A stretch of 64,000 nucleotides of DNA from Candidatus Tectimicrobiota bacterium (GCA_016192135.1 JACPUR010000040.1:3771-67770); one strand, 5' to 3'; counted from the first letter of the stretch, positions 1 to 10,099 are shown. The notes: generated from the sequence alone by a model not told the origin. Numbers and translations: made by a program.

Positions 1-171
1 GGATCTGCACCCCGGCCAGGAACTCCGCCCCCGCCAGCACGAACAACCCCGCCATGAACAGGAAGGCGAGAACCAGGGAGAGCGCGGCGTGGATGACGTT
101 GGCGCGCGTCACCATCAGCAGCGACGCCCCCACGATGCCCGCCGCGAAAATGTAGAAGAACAGCAGCTCCA
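1..171 (-). CDS. nuoJ: NADH-quinone oxidoreductase subunit J (set 1; 5' part only, runs off window start)
   Basis: Reverse-strand translation LELLFFYIFAAGIVGASLLMVTRANVIHAALSLVLAFLFMAGLFVLAGAEFLAGVQI matches the NuoJ/ND6 N-terminus; TTG start at 171 preceded by GGAGGG; no stop before window edge. Confidence 0.75.
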
Positions 172-188
172 AGGCGGCCCTCCGCCGG

Positions 189-1160
189 CTAGAGGAAGAG
201 GTACTTCACGAGCCCGGTCAAGAAGATGTTCGCCATCACGAGCGGGAACATGAACTTCCACCCCAGCCGCATGAGCTGGTCGTAGCGGTAGCGCGGCAGG
301 GTGGCGCGGAGCCAGATGAAGACGAAGATGAGGACGCCCATCTTCAGCAGGTACCAGACGAAGCCGGGCAGGGGGATCCAATCGATCCCCTGCCAGCCCC
401 CGAAGAAGAGGGCCACGGCCACCGCCGTGGTCACCATGATGTTCGCGTACTCGGCCAGGAAGAAGAAAGCGAACTTCATGCCGCTGTACTCGGTGTGGAA
501 GCCCGCCACCAGCTCGGTCTCGGCCTCGGGCAGGTCGAAGGGCACCCGGTTCGTCTCCGCGAGCGAGGCGATGAAGAACACCACGAAGGCCAGCGGCTGG
601 TAGAAGACGAACCAGACGTCGCCCTGCGCCTCGACGATCCGCTGGAGGTTCAGCGAGCCGGCCAGCATCAGGGGCCCGATGAGGGAGAAGCCCAGGAAGA
701 TCTCGTAGCTCAGCATCTGGGCGGCGCTCCTGAGGGCGCCGAGGAGGCTGTACTTGCTGTTCGAGGCCCAGCCGGCCATGACGATGCCGAAGACCCCGAG
801 CGAGCTCACCGCCAGGATGAAGAAGATCCCGACGTTGATCTGAGTGATGTAGAAGTTCTGGCTGAAGGGCAGCACCGAGTACACCACGAAGGCCGGCACC
901 AGCACCATGACGGGCGCGATGACGAAGACGATCTTGTCCGCCTTGTCGGGGATGATGTCTTCCTTCAGGAAGAGCTTGAGGCCGTCGGCGATGGGCTGGA
1001 GGAGCCCGTGCCAGCCCACCCGCATGGGGCCGAGGCGCATCTGGATGTGGGCGATGATCTTCCGCTCGAGGTAGGTGAGGTAAGCCACCACCAGGGAGAC
1101 GACGCCCAGGACGACGGCTATCTTCACCAGGGCGATGAGCGCCTCTGCCACGATACCCAA
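189..1160 (-). CDS. nuoH: NADH-quinone oxidoreductase subunit H (set 1)
   Basis: 323-aa ORF with NuoH/ND1 hallmarks ([36 protein letters not shown]); multi-TM. Confidence 0.95.
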   Translation of the reverse strand: MGIVAEALIALVKIAVVLGVVSLVVAYLTYLERKIIAHIQMRLGPMRVGWHGLLQPIADGLKLFLKEDIIPDKADKIVFVIAPVMVLVPAFVVYSVLPFSQNFYITQINVGIFFILAVSSLGVFGIVMAGWASNSKYSLLGALRSAAQMLSYEIFLGFSLIGPLMLAGSLNLQRIVEAQGDVWFVFYQPLAFVVFFIASLAETNRVPFDLPEAETELVAGFHTEYSGMKFAFFFLAEYANIMVTTAVAVALFFGGWQGIDWIPLPGFVWYLLKMGVLIFVFIWLRATLPRYRYDQLMRLGWKFMFPLVMANIFLTGLVKYLFL

Positions 1161-1213
1161 CCGCGGGACTCCTCTCTCCGGCCTTCCGGCTCCGGAGCTC
1201 TACGCCGGGCGCG

Positions 1214-2371
1214 TCAGCGGTCGCACTCGCCCAGGACGATGTCGATGCTTCCGATGATGGCCACCACGTCCGCCACCAGGCCGCCCATCACGAGCTTCTT
1301 GAGGCCGCTCAGGTTCACGAACGAGGGGGGGCGGATGCGCACCCGGTACGGCGTCTCCGAGCCGTCGCTCACGAGGTAGAAGCCGAACTCGCCCTTGGGA
1401 TTCTCGATGCTGTGGTAGACCTCCCCCGCCGGCGGCTTGATCGTGCGCGGCACTTTGCAGCTCACCGGCCCCTTGGGGAGTTGGGCGAGGCACTGCTGGA
1501 TGATGCGGTTGCTCTGGCGCATCTCCTCGACGCGCACCAGGTAGCGGTCGTAGACGTCGCCGTTCTCCCCGACCGGGACCACGAAGTCCAGGTAGGGGTA
1601 GGCCGCGTAGGGCTGGGCCCGGCGGATGTCCCACCGCACGCCGCTCCCCCGGATGATCGGGCCCGTGAGGCTCAGGTCGATGGCGTCGTCCGCCGAGATG
1701 ACGCCCACCCCCCGGGTTCGCTGGAGCCAGATGCGGTTGTCGGTGAGGAGCGTCTCGTAGTCGCCGATGCGGGCCGGGAAGAGGTCCACGAACTCCTGCG
1801 AGAGGTCCAGGAACTTCTGGGGCACGTCCTGGTAGAGCCCGCCCAGGCGGAAGGCGTTCACCGTCAGCCGCGCGCCGAAGGCCTGCTCGAAGAGGTCGAG
1901 CACCATCTCCCGCTCGCGGAAGCACCACAGGAACACTGTCATCGCCCCGATGTCGAGGGCGTGCGTCGCGAGCCAGAGCAGGTGGCTCGAGATGCGGGAG
2001 AACTCCGCCACCATGGTGCGGATGTAGTGGGCCCGCATCGGGATCTCCCAGCCGAAGAGCTTCTCCACCGCCGTCACCCAGGCGAGGTTGCTCGAGGGCG
2101 CGGCGATATAGTCGAGCCGGTCGGTGTAGGGGATGAACATCGTGTAGGTGATGTTCTCGCCGATCTTCTCGGTGCCCCGGTGAAGGTAGCCGATGTCGCA
2201 GTCGCAGTCGGTCACCGTCTCGCCGTCGAGGCGGAGGATGACCCGCAGCACGCCGTGGGTGCTCGGGTGCTGCGGCCCCATGTTGATGATGAGCTCCTCG
2301 GTGCCGGGCAGCACCGAGGAGCGCTCGATCCGGGTGGAGGACTCCACCTCGAACATCACGCGCTCTCCCAC
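1214..2371 (-). CDS. nuoD: NADH-quinone oxidoreductase subunit D (set 1)
   Basis: 385 aa; MGPQHPSTHGVLR motif, 49-kDa subunit C-terminus ...VRIRPPSF...DIVLGECDR. Confidence 0.95.
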   Translation of the reverse strand: MGERVMFEVESSTRIERSSVLPGTEELIINMGPQHPSTHGVLRVILRLDGETVTDCDCDIGYLHRGTEKIGENITYTMFIPYTDRLDYIAAPSSNLAWVTAVEKLFGWEIPMRAHYIRTMVAEFSRISSHLLWLATHALDIGAMTVFLWCFREREMVLDLFEQAFGARLTVNAFRLGGLYQDVPQKFLDLSQEFVDLFPARIGDYETLLTDNRIWLQRTRGVGVISADDAIDLSLTGPIIRGSGVRWDIRRAQPYAAYPYLDFVVPVGENGDVYDRYLVRVEEMRQSNRIIQQCLAQLPKGPVSCKVPRTIKPPAGEVYHSIENPKGEFGFYLVSDGSETPYRVRIRPPSFVNLSGLKKLVMGGLVADVVAIIGSIDIVLGECDR

Positions 2372-2396
2372 GCGAGGCCCGCTCCGGGGCGGGCGC

Positions 2397-2975
2397 TCAC
2401 TCGCCGAATTCCTTGCGCTTGGGCTTGGTGTACACCCGCTCGCCCCGGCCCTCCAGGGGATAGTCCTTCCGGAGGGGGTGGCTGCCCCAGTCCTCGGGCA
2501 GCAGGATGCGCCGGAGGTCCGGGTGGCCCTTGAAGCGCACCCCGAACAGGTCGTACGCCTCCCGCTCCATCCAGTTGGCCCCGCTCCAGACGCCGGTGAC
2601 GGAGGGGGCCTCCTCCCCGTCGCGGAGCTTCACCTTGAGCCGGAGCCGCCGGTTATGGTCGAAGCTGTACAGATGGTAGACGACGTGGAACGGGCGCTCC
2701 TCCCCGGGCCAGTGGGCCGCCGTGAGGTCCGAGAGCAGGCGGAAGCGGGCCGAGGGGTGGTCGCGCAGCAGGGTGGCCGCCGCGACCAGCGCCTCCGCGC
2801 GCAGGACCAGGGTGGCCTCGTCGGCCATGTCCTTGTAGGCGGTCTGCTCGAGGACGGCGCCCGGCCGCTCGCGCTCCACGAGCTCGCGCAGGTCCTGCGC
2901 CGGCGGGGCCGGCGCCGCCGCGGGGGCGGACCCGGCGCCCTCCTCCTTGCCGTCCGGCTGTGCTTCGTCTGCCAT
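2397..2975 (-). CDS. nuoC: NADH-quinone oxidoreductase subunit C (set 1)
   Basis: 30-kDa subunit motifs (FHVVYHLYS, DLFGVRFKGHPDLRRILLPEDW); start taken at MADEAQ, Met 28 of the track ORF (frame-consistent). Confidence 0.85.
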   Translation of the reverse strand: MADEAQPDGKEEGAGSAPAAAPAPPAQDLRELVERERPGAVLEQTAYKDMADEATLVLRAEALVAAATLLRDHPSARFRLLSDLTAAHWPGEERPFHVVYHLYSFDHNRRLRLKVKLRDGEEAPSVTGVWSGANWMEREAYDLFGVRFKGHPDLRRILLPEDWGSHPLRKDYPLEGRGERVYTKPKRKEFGE

Positions 2976-2992
2976 CGGATTCCCTGGCCGCC

Positions 2993-3475
2993 TTACGCGG
3001 GGCGGCGGATGTAGCGCTCCTGCTCGATCTTCTTCTGGAGCTGCATGACGCCCCACATCAGCGACTCGGGGCGGGGCGGGCAGCCGGGGACGTAGACGTC
3101 CACCGGGACGACCTCGTCCACCCCCTGCATCACGGCGTAGTTCGCGTAGGGGCCGCCGCAGGTGGCGCAGTTGCCCATGGCGATGACCCAGCGGGGCTCG
3201 GGCATCTGGTCGTACACCCGCCGCAGGGCCTGCCCCATCTTGTGCGTCACCGTGCCCGCCACGATCATCACGTCCGACTGCCGGGGCGTGGCGCGGAAGA
3301 TGACGCCGAAGCGGTCGAAGTCGTACCGCGAGGCGCCCGAGGCCATCATCTCAATGGCGCAGCAGGCCAGGCCGAACGTCATGGGCCAGAGCGCGCTCTT
3401 GCGCGCCCAGGCGACCAGCCCGTCGACCCGGGTGGTGATGAAGTTGTCGTTGAACTTGCCTTCCACTAAGCCCAT
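2993..3475 (-). CDS. nuoB: NADH-quinone oxidoreductase subunit B (set 1)
   Basis: N2-cluster cysteines [27 protein letters not shown]; start at MGLVEGKF with GGAGG RBS; upstream in-frame extension judged non-coding. Confidence 0.9.
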   Translation of the reverse strand: MGLVEGKFNDNFITTRVDGLVAWARKSALWPMTFGLACCAIEMMASGASRYDFDRFGVIFRATPRQSDVMIVAGTVTHKMGQALRRVYDQMPEPRWVIAMGNCATCGGPYANYAVMQGVDEVVPVDVYVPGCPPRPESLMWGVMQLQKKIEQERYIRRPA

Positions 3476-3861
3476 TCCAACGCCTCCTTCCTCCAGGCGT
3501 AGAAATATCCGACCAGCAGGACCGCGATGAAGAGCATCATCTCGATGAAGCCGAACAGCCCCAGGGAGTCGTACTGCACCGCCCAGGGGAAGAGGAACAC
3601 GGCCTCGACGTCGAACAGCAGGAACAGGATGCCCAGCAGATAGAAGCGGATCGAGAAGCGCTCGTTTGCCTCCATCAGCGGGGGGATGCCGCACTCGTAG
3701 GGGGAGAGCTTGGCCGCGTCGGGCCGGTTGGGCCGCACCAGCAGGGCGGCGACGAGCGTCACCCCCGCGAAGCCGAAGGCCACCAGGGTGAAGATGAAGA
3801 TGGGCACGTAGGCGTTGATCGACTGGTAGTCGCGGAAAAACGCCCCCAGCAGCTCCGCCAT
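3466..3861 (-). CDS. nuoA: NADH-quinone oxidoreductase subunit A (set 1)
   Basis: 131 aa, 3 TM, NuoA/ND3 motif YECG...FDVE; overlaps nuoB start by 10 nt. Confidence 0.9.
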   Translation of the reverse strand: MAELLGAFFRDYQSINAYVPIFIFTLVAFGFAGVTLVAALLVRPNRPDAAKLSPYECGIPPLMEANERFSIRFYLLGILFLLFDVEAVFLFPWAVQYDSLGLFGFIEMMLFIAVLLVGYFYAWRKEALEWA

Positions 3862-3968
3862 TGGCTCCTCACGAAAAATCGGCGCTCCCCCGCCCCTTTG
3901 CGGGGGGGCGCCTCCCAGGCCTCCTGCCCCGCCTGATCCCCCCCGGGCGGGGGCTTTTCGATTCCCGT

Positions 3969-3997
3969 TCTATAGCATGGCCCCGGGGGAAATCCAA
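3969..3997 (-). promoter_or_regulatory. Putative sigma70-type promoter for reduced nuo set 1 (-35 TTGGAT, 17 nt, -10 TATAGA on minus strand) in the nuoN2-nuoA1 spacer, downstream of GC-rich hairpins after nuoN2
   Basis: Hexamer spacing read from sequence; located 105-135 nt upstream of nuoA1 start. Confidence 0.35.
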
Positions 3998-4009
3998 CCC
4001 CGCCCGGCG

Positions 4010-5485
4010 TTAATTCAGCAGGAGCGTGGAGCGCAGGGCCAGCTCGAAGAACGCGGAGGGGAAGATTCCGAAATTGAGGATGCCCGCCGCGGCCAGCAGC
4101 AGCGCCGCCAGGGCGTAGCTCCAGCCGGGGCCCCGGGACGGGCGGGCGGGCTCCTCCCCGGGCTCGCGCATGTACATCAGAACGACGAGGCGGAGGTAGT
4201 AGTAGACCGAGACCACGCTATTCAGCACGGCGATGACCACGAGCCACACGAGGCCGGCCTTCACCCCGGCGCCGAAGAGGTAGAACTTGGCCACGAACCC
4301 GCCCGTCGGCGGGAGCCCCGCCAGGGCCACCATGAACAGGGCCATCGCGGCGGCCAGGCCGGGGCGGGTGTAGCCCATGCCGGCGTAGTCCTCGATGCGG
4401 ATGCGCTCCTCCCCCCGGGCCCCCGCCGCGGCCACCACGCAGAAGGCGCCCATGTTCATCAGGCCGTACACCAGCATGTAGAAGAGGAAGCTCCCGGCGG
4501 CCAGGTCGCTCCCCCGCCGGGCGGCGGCCAGGCCCACGAGGATGTAACCCGCGTGCGCGATGCTCGAGTAGGCCATCATGCGCTTGACGTCGGACTGCCA
4601 GATGGCGGCCACGTTCCCGGCCGTCATGGTGAGGGCGGCCATCACCCACAGGACGGCGTCGAGCTGGGTCCCGGCCTGGGGGCCCACCGCGAGCAGGAGG
4701 CGGAAAAACGCGGCGAAGGCCGCCACCTTGGGCCCCACCGACATGAAGGCCGTGACCGCCGTGGGGGAGCCCTCGTAGACGTCGGGCGTCCACATGTAGA
4801 AGGGCGCCGCCGCCACCTTGAAGCCCAGGCCCACCACCACGAAGCCCAGCCCGGCCAGGAAAGAGGGGCTCCGCGACGGCGGGTGGGTCGTCAGCCGCTG
4901 GGCGATCTCCAGGAGGTCCACCGACCCGGTCGCCCCGAAGATGAGCGCCATGCCGTAGAGGAGGAAGCCCGAGGCGAAGGAGCCCAGCAGGAAGTACTTG
5001 AGCGCCGCCTCGTTCCCCTCCGGCCGCCCCCGCAGGAAGCCGGCCAGGACGTAGAGGGCCAGGGAGAAGATCTCCAGCCCCACGAACACCATGAGCAGGC
5101 TTCGGGTGGCCGCCATGAGCATCATGCCCGAGGTGGCGAAGAGGATGAGGCCCAGGTACTCCCCCGCCGGCGCCTCGTCGAGGCTCCGCTGGGCGGCCGA
5201 GATGAGGACCGACATGAAGCTCGCCAGGAGGATGAGGACGAACACGAAGCGCGTGAAGCCGTCGTAGAGGTACATCCCGCCCAGCGAGGCGGCCTCGCTG
5301 CCGGGCTGGGCCGCGGCGGAGGCCCCCAGGGCGGCGGCCAGCACGGCCAGCGCGGCCGTCACGAGGAAGGAGCGCTCCCGCCGGGGAAAGAACACGTCCC
5401 ACAAGAGGATGAAGACGGCCCCTCCCACCACCAGGATGAGGGGCAGGAGGTAGGCCCACTGGATCTGCGGGAAGGGGACGGTCAC
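4010..5485 (-). CDS. nuoN: NADH-quinone oxidoreductase subunit N (set 2)
   Basis: C-terminal ~491 aa of the 827-aa track ORF are NuoN/ND2; GTG start (VTVPFPQ...) forms a GTGA overlap with the nuoM stop and is preceded by GGAAAGGAGG; the N-terminal 336 aa of the track ORF are out-of-context frame overlapping nuoM. Confidence 0.9.
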   Translation of the reverse strand: MTVPFPQIQWAYLLPLILVVGGAVFILLWDVFFPRRERSFLVTAALAVLAAALGASAAAQPGSEAASLGGMYLYDGFTRFVFVLILLASFMSVLISAAQRSLDEAPAGEYLGLILFATSGMMLMAATRSLLMVFVGLEIFSLALYVLAGFLRGRPEGNEAALKYFLLGSFASGFLLYGMALIFGATGSVDLLEIAQRLTTHPPSRSPSFLAGLGFVVVGLGFKVAAAPFYMWTPDVYEGSPTAVTAFMSVGPKVAAFAAFFRLLLAVGPQAGTQLDAVLWVMAALTMTAGNVAAIWQSDVKRMMAYSSIAHAGYILVGLAAARRGSDLAAGSFLFYMLVYGLMNMGAFCVVAAAGARGEERIRIEDYAGMGYTRPGLAAAMALFMVALAGLPPTGGFVAKFYLFGAGVKAGLVWLVVIAVLNSVVSVYYYLRLVVLMYMREPGEEPARPSRGPGWSYALAALLLAAAGILNFGIFPSAFFELALRSTLLLN

Positions 5486-7050
5486 GGCCGGCCTCCTTTC
5501 CGGAGGCGGTCGGCCAGGGCCGAGGGGACACCGCGCGGGTCCTCGCCCGGCGCCTCGACGCTGAGCACCCGCCGCCCCACCTGGGTGAGCCAGGCCTGGG
5601 CCGAGGGTTCGATTTTCTCGAGCAGCGGCTTGGGGTAGAGGCCGATCCAAAACATGAGGAAGACCATGGGCGCCAGCACGGCCCACTCGCGGGCCGAGAG
5701 GTCGCGCAGGCCCGCGTTCGCGGGGGAGAGCCGGCTCCCGAAGAGCACCCTCTGGAGCATCCAGAGCATGTAGACCGCCGAGAGGACCACCCCCAGGGCC
5801 GCCGCGGCCGCCAGGGCCGGGCTGCGCTGGAAGGCGCCCGCCAGGATGGCGAACTCCCCGACGAAGCCGTTCAGGCCCGGAAGCCCGATGCTGCTCAGCG
5901 AGGCCAGGACGAAGAAGGCCGCCAGCGCGGGCGTCACCCGGGCGATGCCGCCGTAGTCGGCGATGAGCCGGGTGTGGCGCCGGCTGTAGAGCATGCCCAC
6001 GATGAGGAAGAGCGCCCCCGTGCTCACCCCGTGGTTCACCATCTGAAGAACCCCGCCCGAGGCCCCGAGCAGGTTGAAGGAGAAGAGCCCCAGCATGACG
6101 AAGCCCAGGTGGCTCACCGAGGAGTAGGCGACGAGCTTCTTCACGTCGGTCTGCACCATGGCCATGAGCGCCCCGTAGATGACGCCCGCCACCGCCAGCG
6201 CCAGGATGACCGGGGCGAACTCGCGCGCGGCGCTCGGGAAGAGCGGCATGGCCAGCCGCATGAAGCCGTAGGTGCCCATCTTGAGGAGCACCCCGGCCAG
6301 GATGACGCTCCCGGCCGTCGGGGCCTCCACGTGGGCGTCGGGCAGCCAGGTGTGGAAGGGGAACATCGGCACCTTGATGGCGAAGGAGAGGGCGAAGGCC
6401 GCGAAGAGCCAGCCCTGGACGGAGGCGTCCAGGGGGCGCTCGAGGTGGGCCAGGATGTCGAAGGTCTGGCCCCCCGAGGCGAAGTAGAGCCACAGGATGG
6501 CGACCAGCATCAGCATGCTGCCGGCCATGGTGTAGAGGAAGAACTTGATCGCGGCGTAGATGCGCCGCGCCCCGCCCCAGATCCCGATGATGAGGTACAT
6601 CGGGAGGAGCATGGCCTCCCAGAACACGTAGAAGAGGAAGAAGTCCAGCGCGACGAACACCCCTATCATCCCCGTCTCCAGCATGAGGAGGGAGATGTGG
6701 TAGAGCCGCACCCGGCGGTCCACGTCCCCCCAGGAGAAGAGGATGGCGATGGGGGTGAGGATGGTGGTCAGCAGGACCAGGGGCAGGCTCAGGCCGTCCA
6801 CCCCCACCTTGTAGGCGACGCCGAACCGGGGCATCCAGGGGGCCGCCTCGACGAACTGCATCCGGGCGGTGCCGCCCTCGAACCCGAGGTAGAGCGCGGC
6901 GGAGAGGGCGAAGGTGGCGAGCGAGACGCCGAGCGCCGCCAGGCGGACGCGCCCCCGCCCCGCCTCGCCGTCCTCCCGCAGGAGGAGGAGCAGCAGCGCC
7001 CCCGCCAGGGGCAGGAACAGGATCGAGCTCAGCAACGGAAAACCGGCCAC
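5482..7050 (-). CDS. nuoM: NADH-quinone oxidoreductase subunit M (set 2)
   Basis: NuoM/ND4 motifs (FFLFYVFWEAMLLPMYLIIGIWGG, HTWLPDAHVEAPT); GTG start at VAGFPLLSS preceded by GAGGAGGAG. Confidence 0.9.
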   Translation of the reverse strand: MAGFPLLSSILFLPLAGALLLLLLREDGEAGRGRVRLAALGVSLATFALSAALYLGFEGGTARMQFVEAAPWMPRFGVAYKVGVDGLSLPLVLLTTILTPIAILFSWGDVDRRVRLYHISLLMLETGMIGVFVALDFFLFYVFWEAMLLPMYLIIGIWGGARRIYAAIKFFLYTMAGSMLMLVAILWLYFASGGQTFDILAHLERPLDASVQGWLFAAFALSFAIKVPMFPFHTWLPDAHVEAPTAGSVILAGVLLKMGTYGFMRLAMPLFPSAAREFAPVILALAVAGVIYGALMAMVQTDVKKLVAYSSVSHLGFVMLGLFSFNLLGASGGVLQMVNHGVSTGALFLIVGMLYSRRHTRLIADYGGIARVTPALAAFFVLASLSSIGLPGLNGFVGEFAILAGAFQRSPALAAAAALGVVLSAVYMLWMLQRVLFGSRLSPANAGLRDLSAREWAVLAPMVFLMFWIGLYPKPLLEKIEPSAQAWLTQVGRRVLSVEAPGEDPRGVPSALADRLRKGGRP

Positions 7051-7117
7051 CTCTCCTCCTCGGCTTCCCCAGCGCCCGCCAGAAAGCTCAAAGGCCCGGC
7101 GCCGTCTCGAATAACTT

Positions 7118-7256
7118 GCGTCGCCTCCCCCCTCTCCCCGTCTCTTCGGGTCCCCGAACCGGCCCGCCGGTTCGGGAGGGGGGAGAGGGGCCGGGGGTGA
7201 GGGAAATATCACGGCCCGCCACTAACCTTCCCTCACCCCAACCCTCTCCCAAAGGG
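7118..7256. repeat. Structured intergenic repeat family B, copy B1 (three hairpins: CCCCTCTCCCC..GGGGAGAGGGG; GGGTGAGGG..CCCTCACCC; CCCTCTCCC aaa GGGAGAGGG), inside the nuoL-nuoM spacer
   Basis: Inverted repeats read directly; same architecture at 24578-24782 and 58982-59064. Confidence 0.7.
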
Positions 7257-7299
7257 AGAGGGAGAAATTCCACACGCCCCTGGCTGCGCGCCGCCCCGC

Positions 7300-9201
7300 C
7301 TAGCCGCGCACCGTCAGGTAGATCAGGATCGCGAACGCGCCCGCCAGCATGGCCACGGCGTAGCTCTTCACGTAGCCGGTCTGGAGGCGGCGCACCGCCC
7401 CTCCGGCCGCCTGCACCGCCGCCCCCGCGCCGTTCACGGCGGCGTCGATGAGGCCCTCCTCGAAGTTCCGCCACGCCCAGATCGAGCCCCGCTTGATGGG
7501 CTGCACGATCCAGGCGTCGTAGATCTCGTCCACCCAGTACTTGTTCACCAGGAGCCGGTAGAGCCCCGGCCACCTCCGGGCGTAGGAGGCGCCCACGCCC
7601 TGGGCCTGCACGTAGAAGCGGTAGGCCAGGAAGATCCCGAAGAAGGCGATGGCGAGCGACACGGCCATCATCGCCACCTCGAGGACGGCCTCTTGGTGCC
7701 CGTCCCCGGCCTTGGGGAAGACCGGCGCCAGGAAGGCCCCGAAGACGTCCGCCCCGTGGATGAGCGGGATGCCCACCCACCCGCCCGCGATGGAGAGCAG
7801 CGCCAGCACCTGGAGGGGGACGCGCATCGGCGGGGGGGACTCGTGGAGCCGGGCCTGCTGCTCGATGGGGAGGGCGCACCTGCCGTGGAAGACCTTGAAG
7901 ATGAGGCGGAACATGTAGAAGGCGGTCAGCAGGGCACCCGCCGCCCCCGCCAGCCACAGGAGGAGCCCCCCGCGCGGCGAGGTCATGGCCGCGAAGAGGA
8001 TGGCGTCCTTGCTGAAGAAGCCCGCGAAGGGGAAGATGCCGGCGATCGCCAGCCCCCCTACCGTGAACGTCCAGTGCGTCACCGGCAGGCCCGCCCGCAG
8101 GCCCCCCATGCGGCGGATGTCCTGCTCCCCATGCAGGGCGTGGATGACGCTCCCCGCGCCGAGGAAGAGGAGCGCCTTGAAGAAGGCGTGGGTCATCAGG
8201 TGGAAGATGGCGGCGGTGTAGGCCCCCACCCCCGCCGCCAGGAACATGTAGCCGAGCTGGCTCACCGTGCTGTAGGCCAGCACGCGCTTGATGTCGTTCT
8301 GGACGAGGGCGATGGTCCCCGCCATCAGCAGGGTCAGGGCCCCGATGGCGGCCACCACCCCCATGGCGAGCGGCGAGAGGGCGAAGAGGGCGTTGGTGCG
8401 CGCCACCATGTAGACGCCGGCCGTCACCATGGTCGCGGCGTGGATGAGGGCCGAGACCGGGGTGGGGCCCTCCATGGCGTCCGGCAGCCAGACGTAGAGG
8501 GGGATCTGGGCGCTCTTGCCCGTGGCCCCCCCGAAGAGGAGCAGGCAGACGAGGGTCGCGGCGGCCGTCCCCGCCCCCAGCACCGAGGCCGCCTGGGGCA
8601 GCACCACGCCGAAGTCCAGCGAGCCGAAGTGGAACAGGATCATGAAGAGCGCGATGAGGAAGCAGAAATCCCCAACCCGGTTCACGATGAAGGCCTTCTT
8701 CCCCGCCTCGACGGCCGAGTCGCGCTCGTACCAGAAGCCGATGAGGAGGTAGCTGCACAGCCCCACCGCCTCCCAGCCCACGAAGAGCACCAGGAAGTTG
8801 TCCCCCAGCACCAGGGTGAGCATCGAGAAGACGAAGAGGTTGAGGTAGATGAAGTAGCGCGCCGCCCCCCGGTCGCCGTGCATGTAGCCGATGGAGTAGA
8901 GGTGGATGAGGGCGCCCACCCCGGTGATCACCAGCACCATGACCGAGGAGAGGGGGTCCAGCAGGAAGCTGGCCTTGACGCTGAGACTCCCGACCGGGAT
9001 CCACTCGAAGAGGAACGAGCGCAGCGCCCGCTGCCCGGGCGGCAGGCTCAGCAGGGAGAGGAACCCCCAGGCCCCCGCGAGGAAGGAGAGCGCGATGGCC
9101 CCCGTGGCGACCCGGCCGGCGAACTTCTCCCCCCGCCGGAGGCCGAAGAGGAGGTTCACCAGGACGCCCGCGAGCGGAAACAGCAAGATGAGTGTGAGCA
9201 C
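7300..9201 (-). CDS. nuoL: NADH-quinone oxidoreductase subunit L (set 2)
   Basis: 633 aa, NuoL/ND5 motifs (WLPDAMEGPTPVSALIHAATMVTAGVY) and C-terminal long-helix region. Confidence 0.95.
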   Translation of the reverse strand: MLTLILLFPLAGVLVNLLFGLRRGEKFAGRVATGAIALSFLAGAWGFLSLLSLPPGQRALRSFLFEWIPVGSLSVKASFLLDPLSSVMVLVITGVGALIHLYSIGYMHGDRGAARYFIYLNLFVFSMLTLVLGDNFLVLFVGWEAVGLCSYLLIGFWYERDSAVEAGKKAFIVNRVGDFCFLIALFMILFHFGSLDFGVVLPQAASVLGAGTAAATLVCLLLFGGATGKSAQIPLYVWLPDAMEGPTPVSALIHAATMVTAGVYMVARTNALFALSPLAMGVVAAIGALTLLMAGTIALVQNDIKRVLAYSTVSQLGYMFLAAGVGAYTAAIFHLMTHAFFKALLFLGAGSVIHALHGEQDIRRMGGLRAGLPVTHWTFTVGGLAIAGIFPFAGFFSKDAILFAAMTSPRGGLLLWLAGAAGALLTAFYMFRLIFKVFHGRCALPIEQQARLHESPPPMRVPLQVLALLSIAGGWVGIPLIHGADVFGAFLAPVFPKAGDGHQEAVLEVAMMAVSLAIAFFGIFLAYRFYVQAQGVGASYARRWPGLYRLLVNKYWVDEIYDAWIVQPIKRGSIWAWRNFEEGLIDAAVNGAGAAVQAAGGAVRRLQTGYVKSYAVAMLAGAFAILIYLTVRG

Positions 9202-9213
9202 GGCCCCCCCTGC

Positions 9214-9519
9214 CTACAGCTTCAGCAGGTTCATTTCATCCACGTCGGTGGATTCCCGGTTCCGGTAGATCAGCACGACGATGGCCAGGCCGATGGCCGC
9301 CTCGGCCGCCGCCACCGCCATCACGAAGAAGACGACGAGCTGGCCGTCCAGCGAGTCGAGGGCGCTCCCGTGGGCGATGAACGCGAGGTTCGCGCCGTTC
9401 AGCATCAGCTCGATGCACAGGAAGACCACGATGGCGTTGCGGCGCACCACCACGCCCACCACGCCCAGCGTGAAGAGCACCGCGCTCAGGATCAGGTAAT
9501 GCTCGAGGGGAGCCAGCAC
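9214..9519 (-). CDS. nuoK: NADH-quinone oxidoreductase subunit K (set 2)
   Basis: 101 aa, 3 TM, NuoK/ND4L ([14 protein letters not shown]). Confidence 0.95.
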   Translation of the reverse strand: MLAPLEHYLILSAVLFTLGVVGVVVRRNAIVVFLCIELMLNGANLAFIAHGSALDSLDGQLVVFFVMAVAAAEAAIGLAIVVLIYRNRESTDVDEMNLLKL

Positions 9520-9541
9520 CCCGTCCTCCTTCCCGCCCGCC

Positions 9542-10066
9542 CTATCCCTGGCGGGTCCGCCGCTGGGCCAGGACCACAGCCCCCACGATGCCCACGAACA
9601 GCAGCACCCCCATCGCCTGGAAGGGGAGCACGTACTGCGTCACCAGGACCTTGCCCACCGCCTGCACGGTGCCTATCTCGGCCAGCCGCCCGGGGGGGAA
9701 GAGCCCCTTCGCCCCGGTCCGCAGGGGGGTCGAGACGAACAGATTGATCAGTCCGGCGAAGACGCCCAGGGCGATGATGGTTCCGGCGAGCTTCTGGAAG
9801 GGGAGCCGGAGCGCCCCCCTCTCCTCGGCCCTCAGGTCGATGAGCATCACGACGAAGAGGAAGAGCATCATGATGGCGCCCGCGTACACGATCACCTGCA
9901 CGACCGCCACGAACTGGGCGTTCAGGGAGAGATAGAGCCCCGCCAGCCCCAGGAAGGTGAGCACGAGGCTCAGGACGCAGTAGAGCGGGTTCGGCAGCGC
10001 CACCACGGCCACGGCGCCGCCCACCGTCATCAGGGCCAGTAGATAGAAGAGCAGCTGCCCGGCCAC
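9542..10066 (-). CDS. nuoJ: NADH-quinone oxidoreductase subunit J (set 2)
   Basis: 174 aa, NuoJ/ND6-like ([18 protein letters not shown]). Confidence 0.9.
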   Translation of the reverse strand: MAGQLLFYLLALMTVGGAVAVVALPNPLYCVLSLVLTFLGLAGLYLSLNAQFVAVVQVIVYAGAIMMLFLFVVMLIDLRAEERGALRLPFQKLAGTIIALGVFAGLINLFVSTPLRTGAKGLFPPGRLAEIGTVQAVGKVLVTQYVLPFQAMGVLLFVGIVGAVVLAQRRTRQG

Positions 10067-10099
10067 TAGCGGCCTCCCTCCCTCGAACGGTGGGCTCCC

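Noticed and set aside
2990-3001. Apparent one-base discrepancy (run of G at ~2996-3001) between my reading of the printed sequence and the reading frames in the ORF track for nuoB/nuoC
   Set aside because: Both track frames are mutually consistent and give conserved proteins. I assume a mis-read on my side rather than a real frameshift or pseudogene, and used track-derived coordinates
3977-5638. 553-aa plus-strand ORF (Glu/Arg/His-rich) antisense to nuoN/nuoM; similar long antisense ORFs at 7693-9747, 12531-14147, 14074-15651, 16362-17384, 19393-20775, 21451-22437, 22518-23807, 24531-25694, 42940-46302 (1120 aa), 46896-48719 and others
   Set aside because: They overlap, in the opposite or shifted frame, genes with unambiguous conserved motifs. 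Their composition (poly R/G/P/E/H/A) is the classic artefact of stop-codon-poor frames in ~70% GC DNA, and they have no start context or homology signal
4010-6493. 827-aa track ORF suggesting a giant NuoN fusion; likewise the 1137-aa ORF 10618-14031 suggesting a NuoH fusion and 16140-17597 / 18037-18894 N-terminal extensions of NuoD/NuoB
   Set aside because: The upstream portions lie in an alternative frame of the preceding gene (nuoM, nuoG, nuoC). True starts with RBS and GTGA/ATGA overlaps were located at the conserved N-termini
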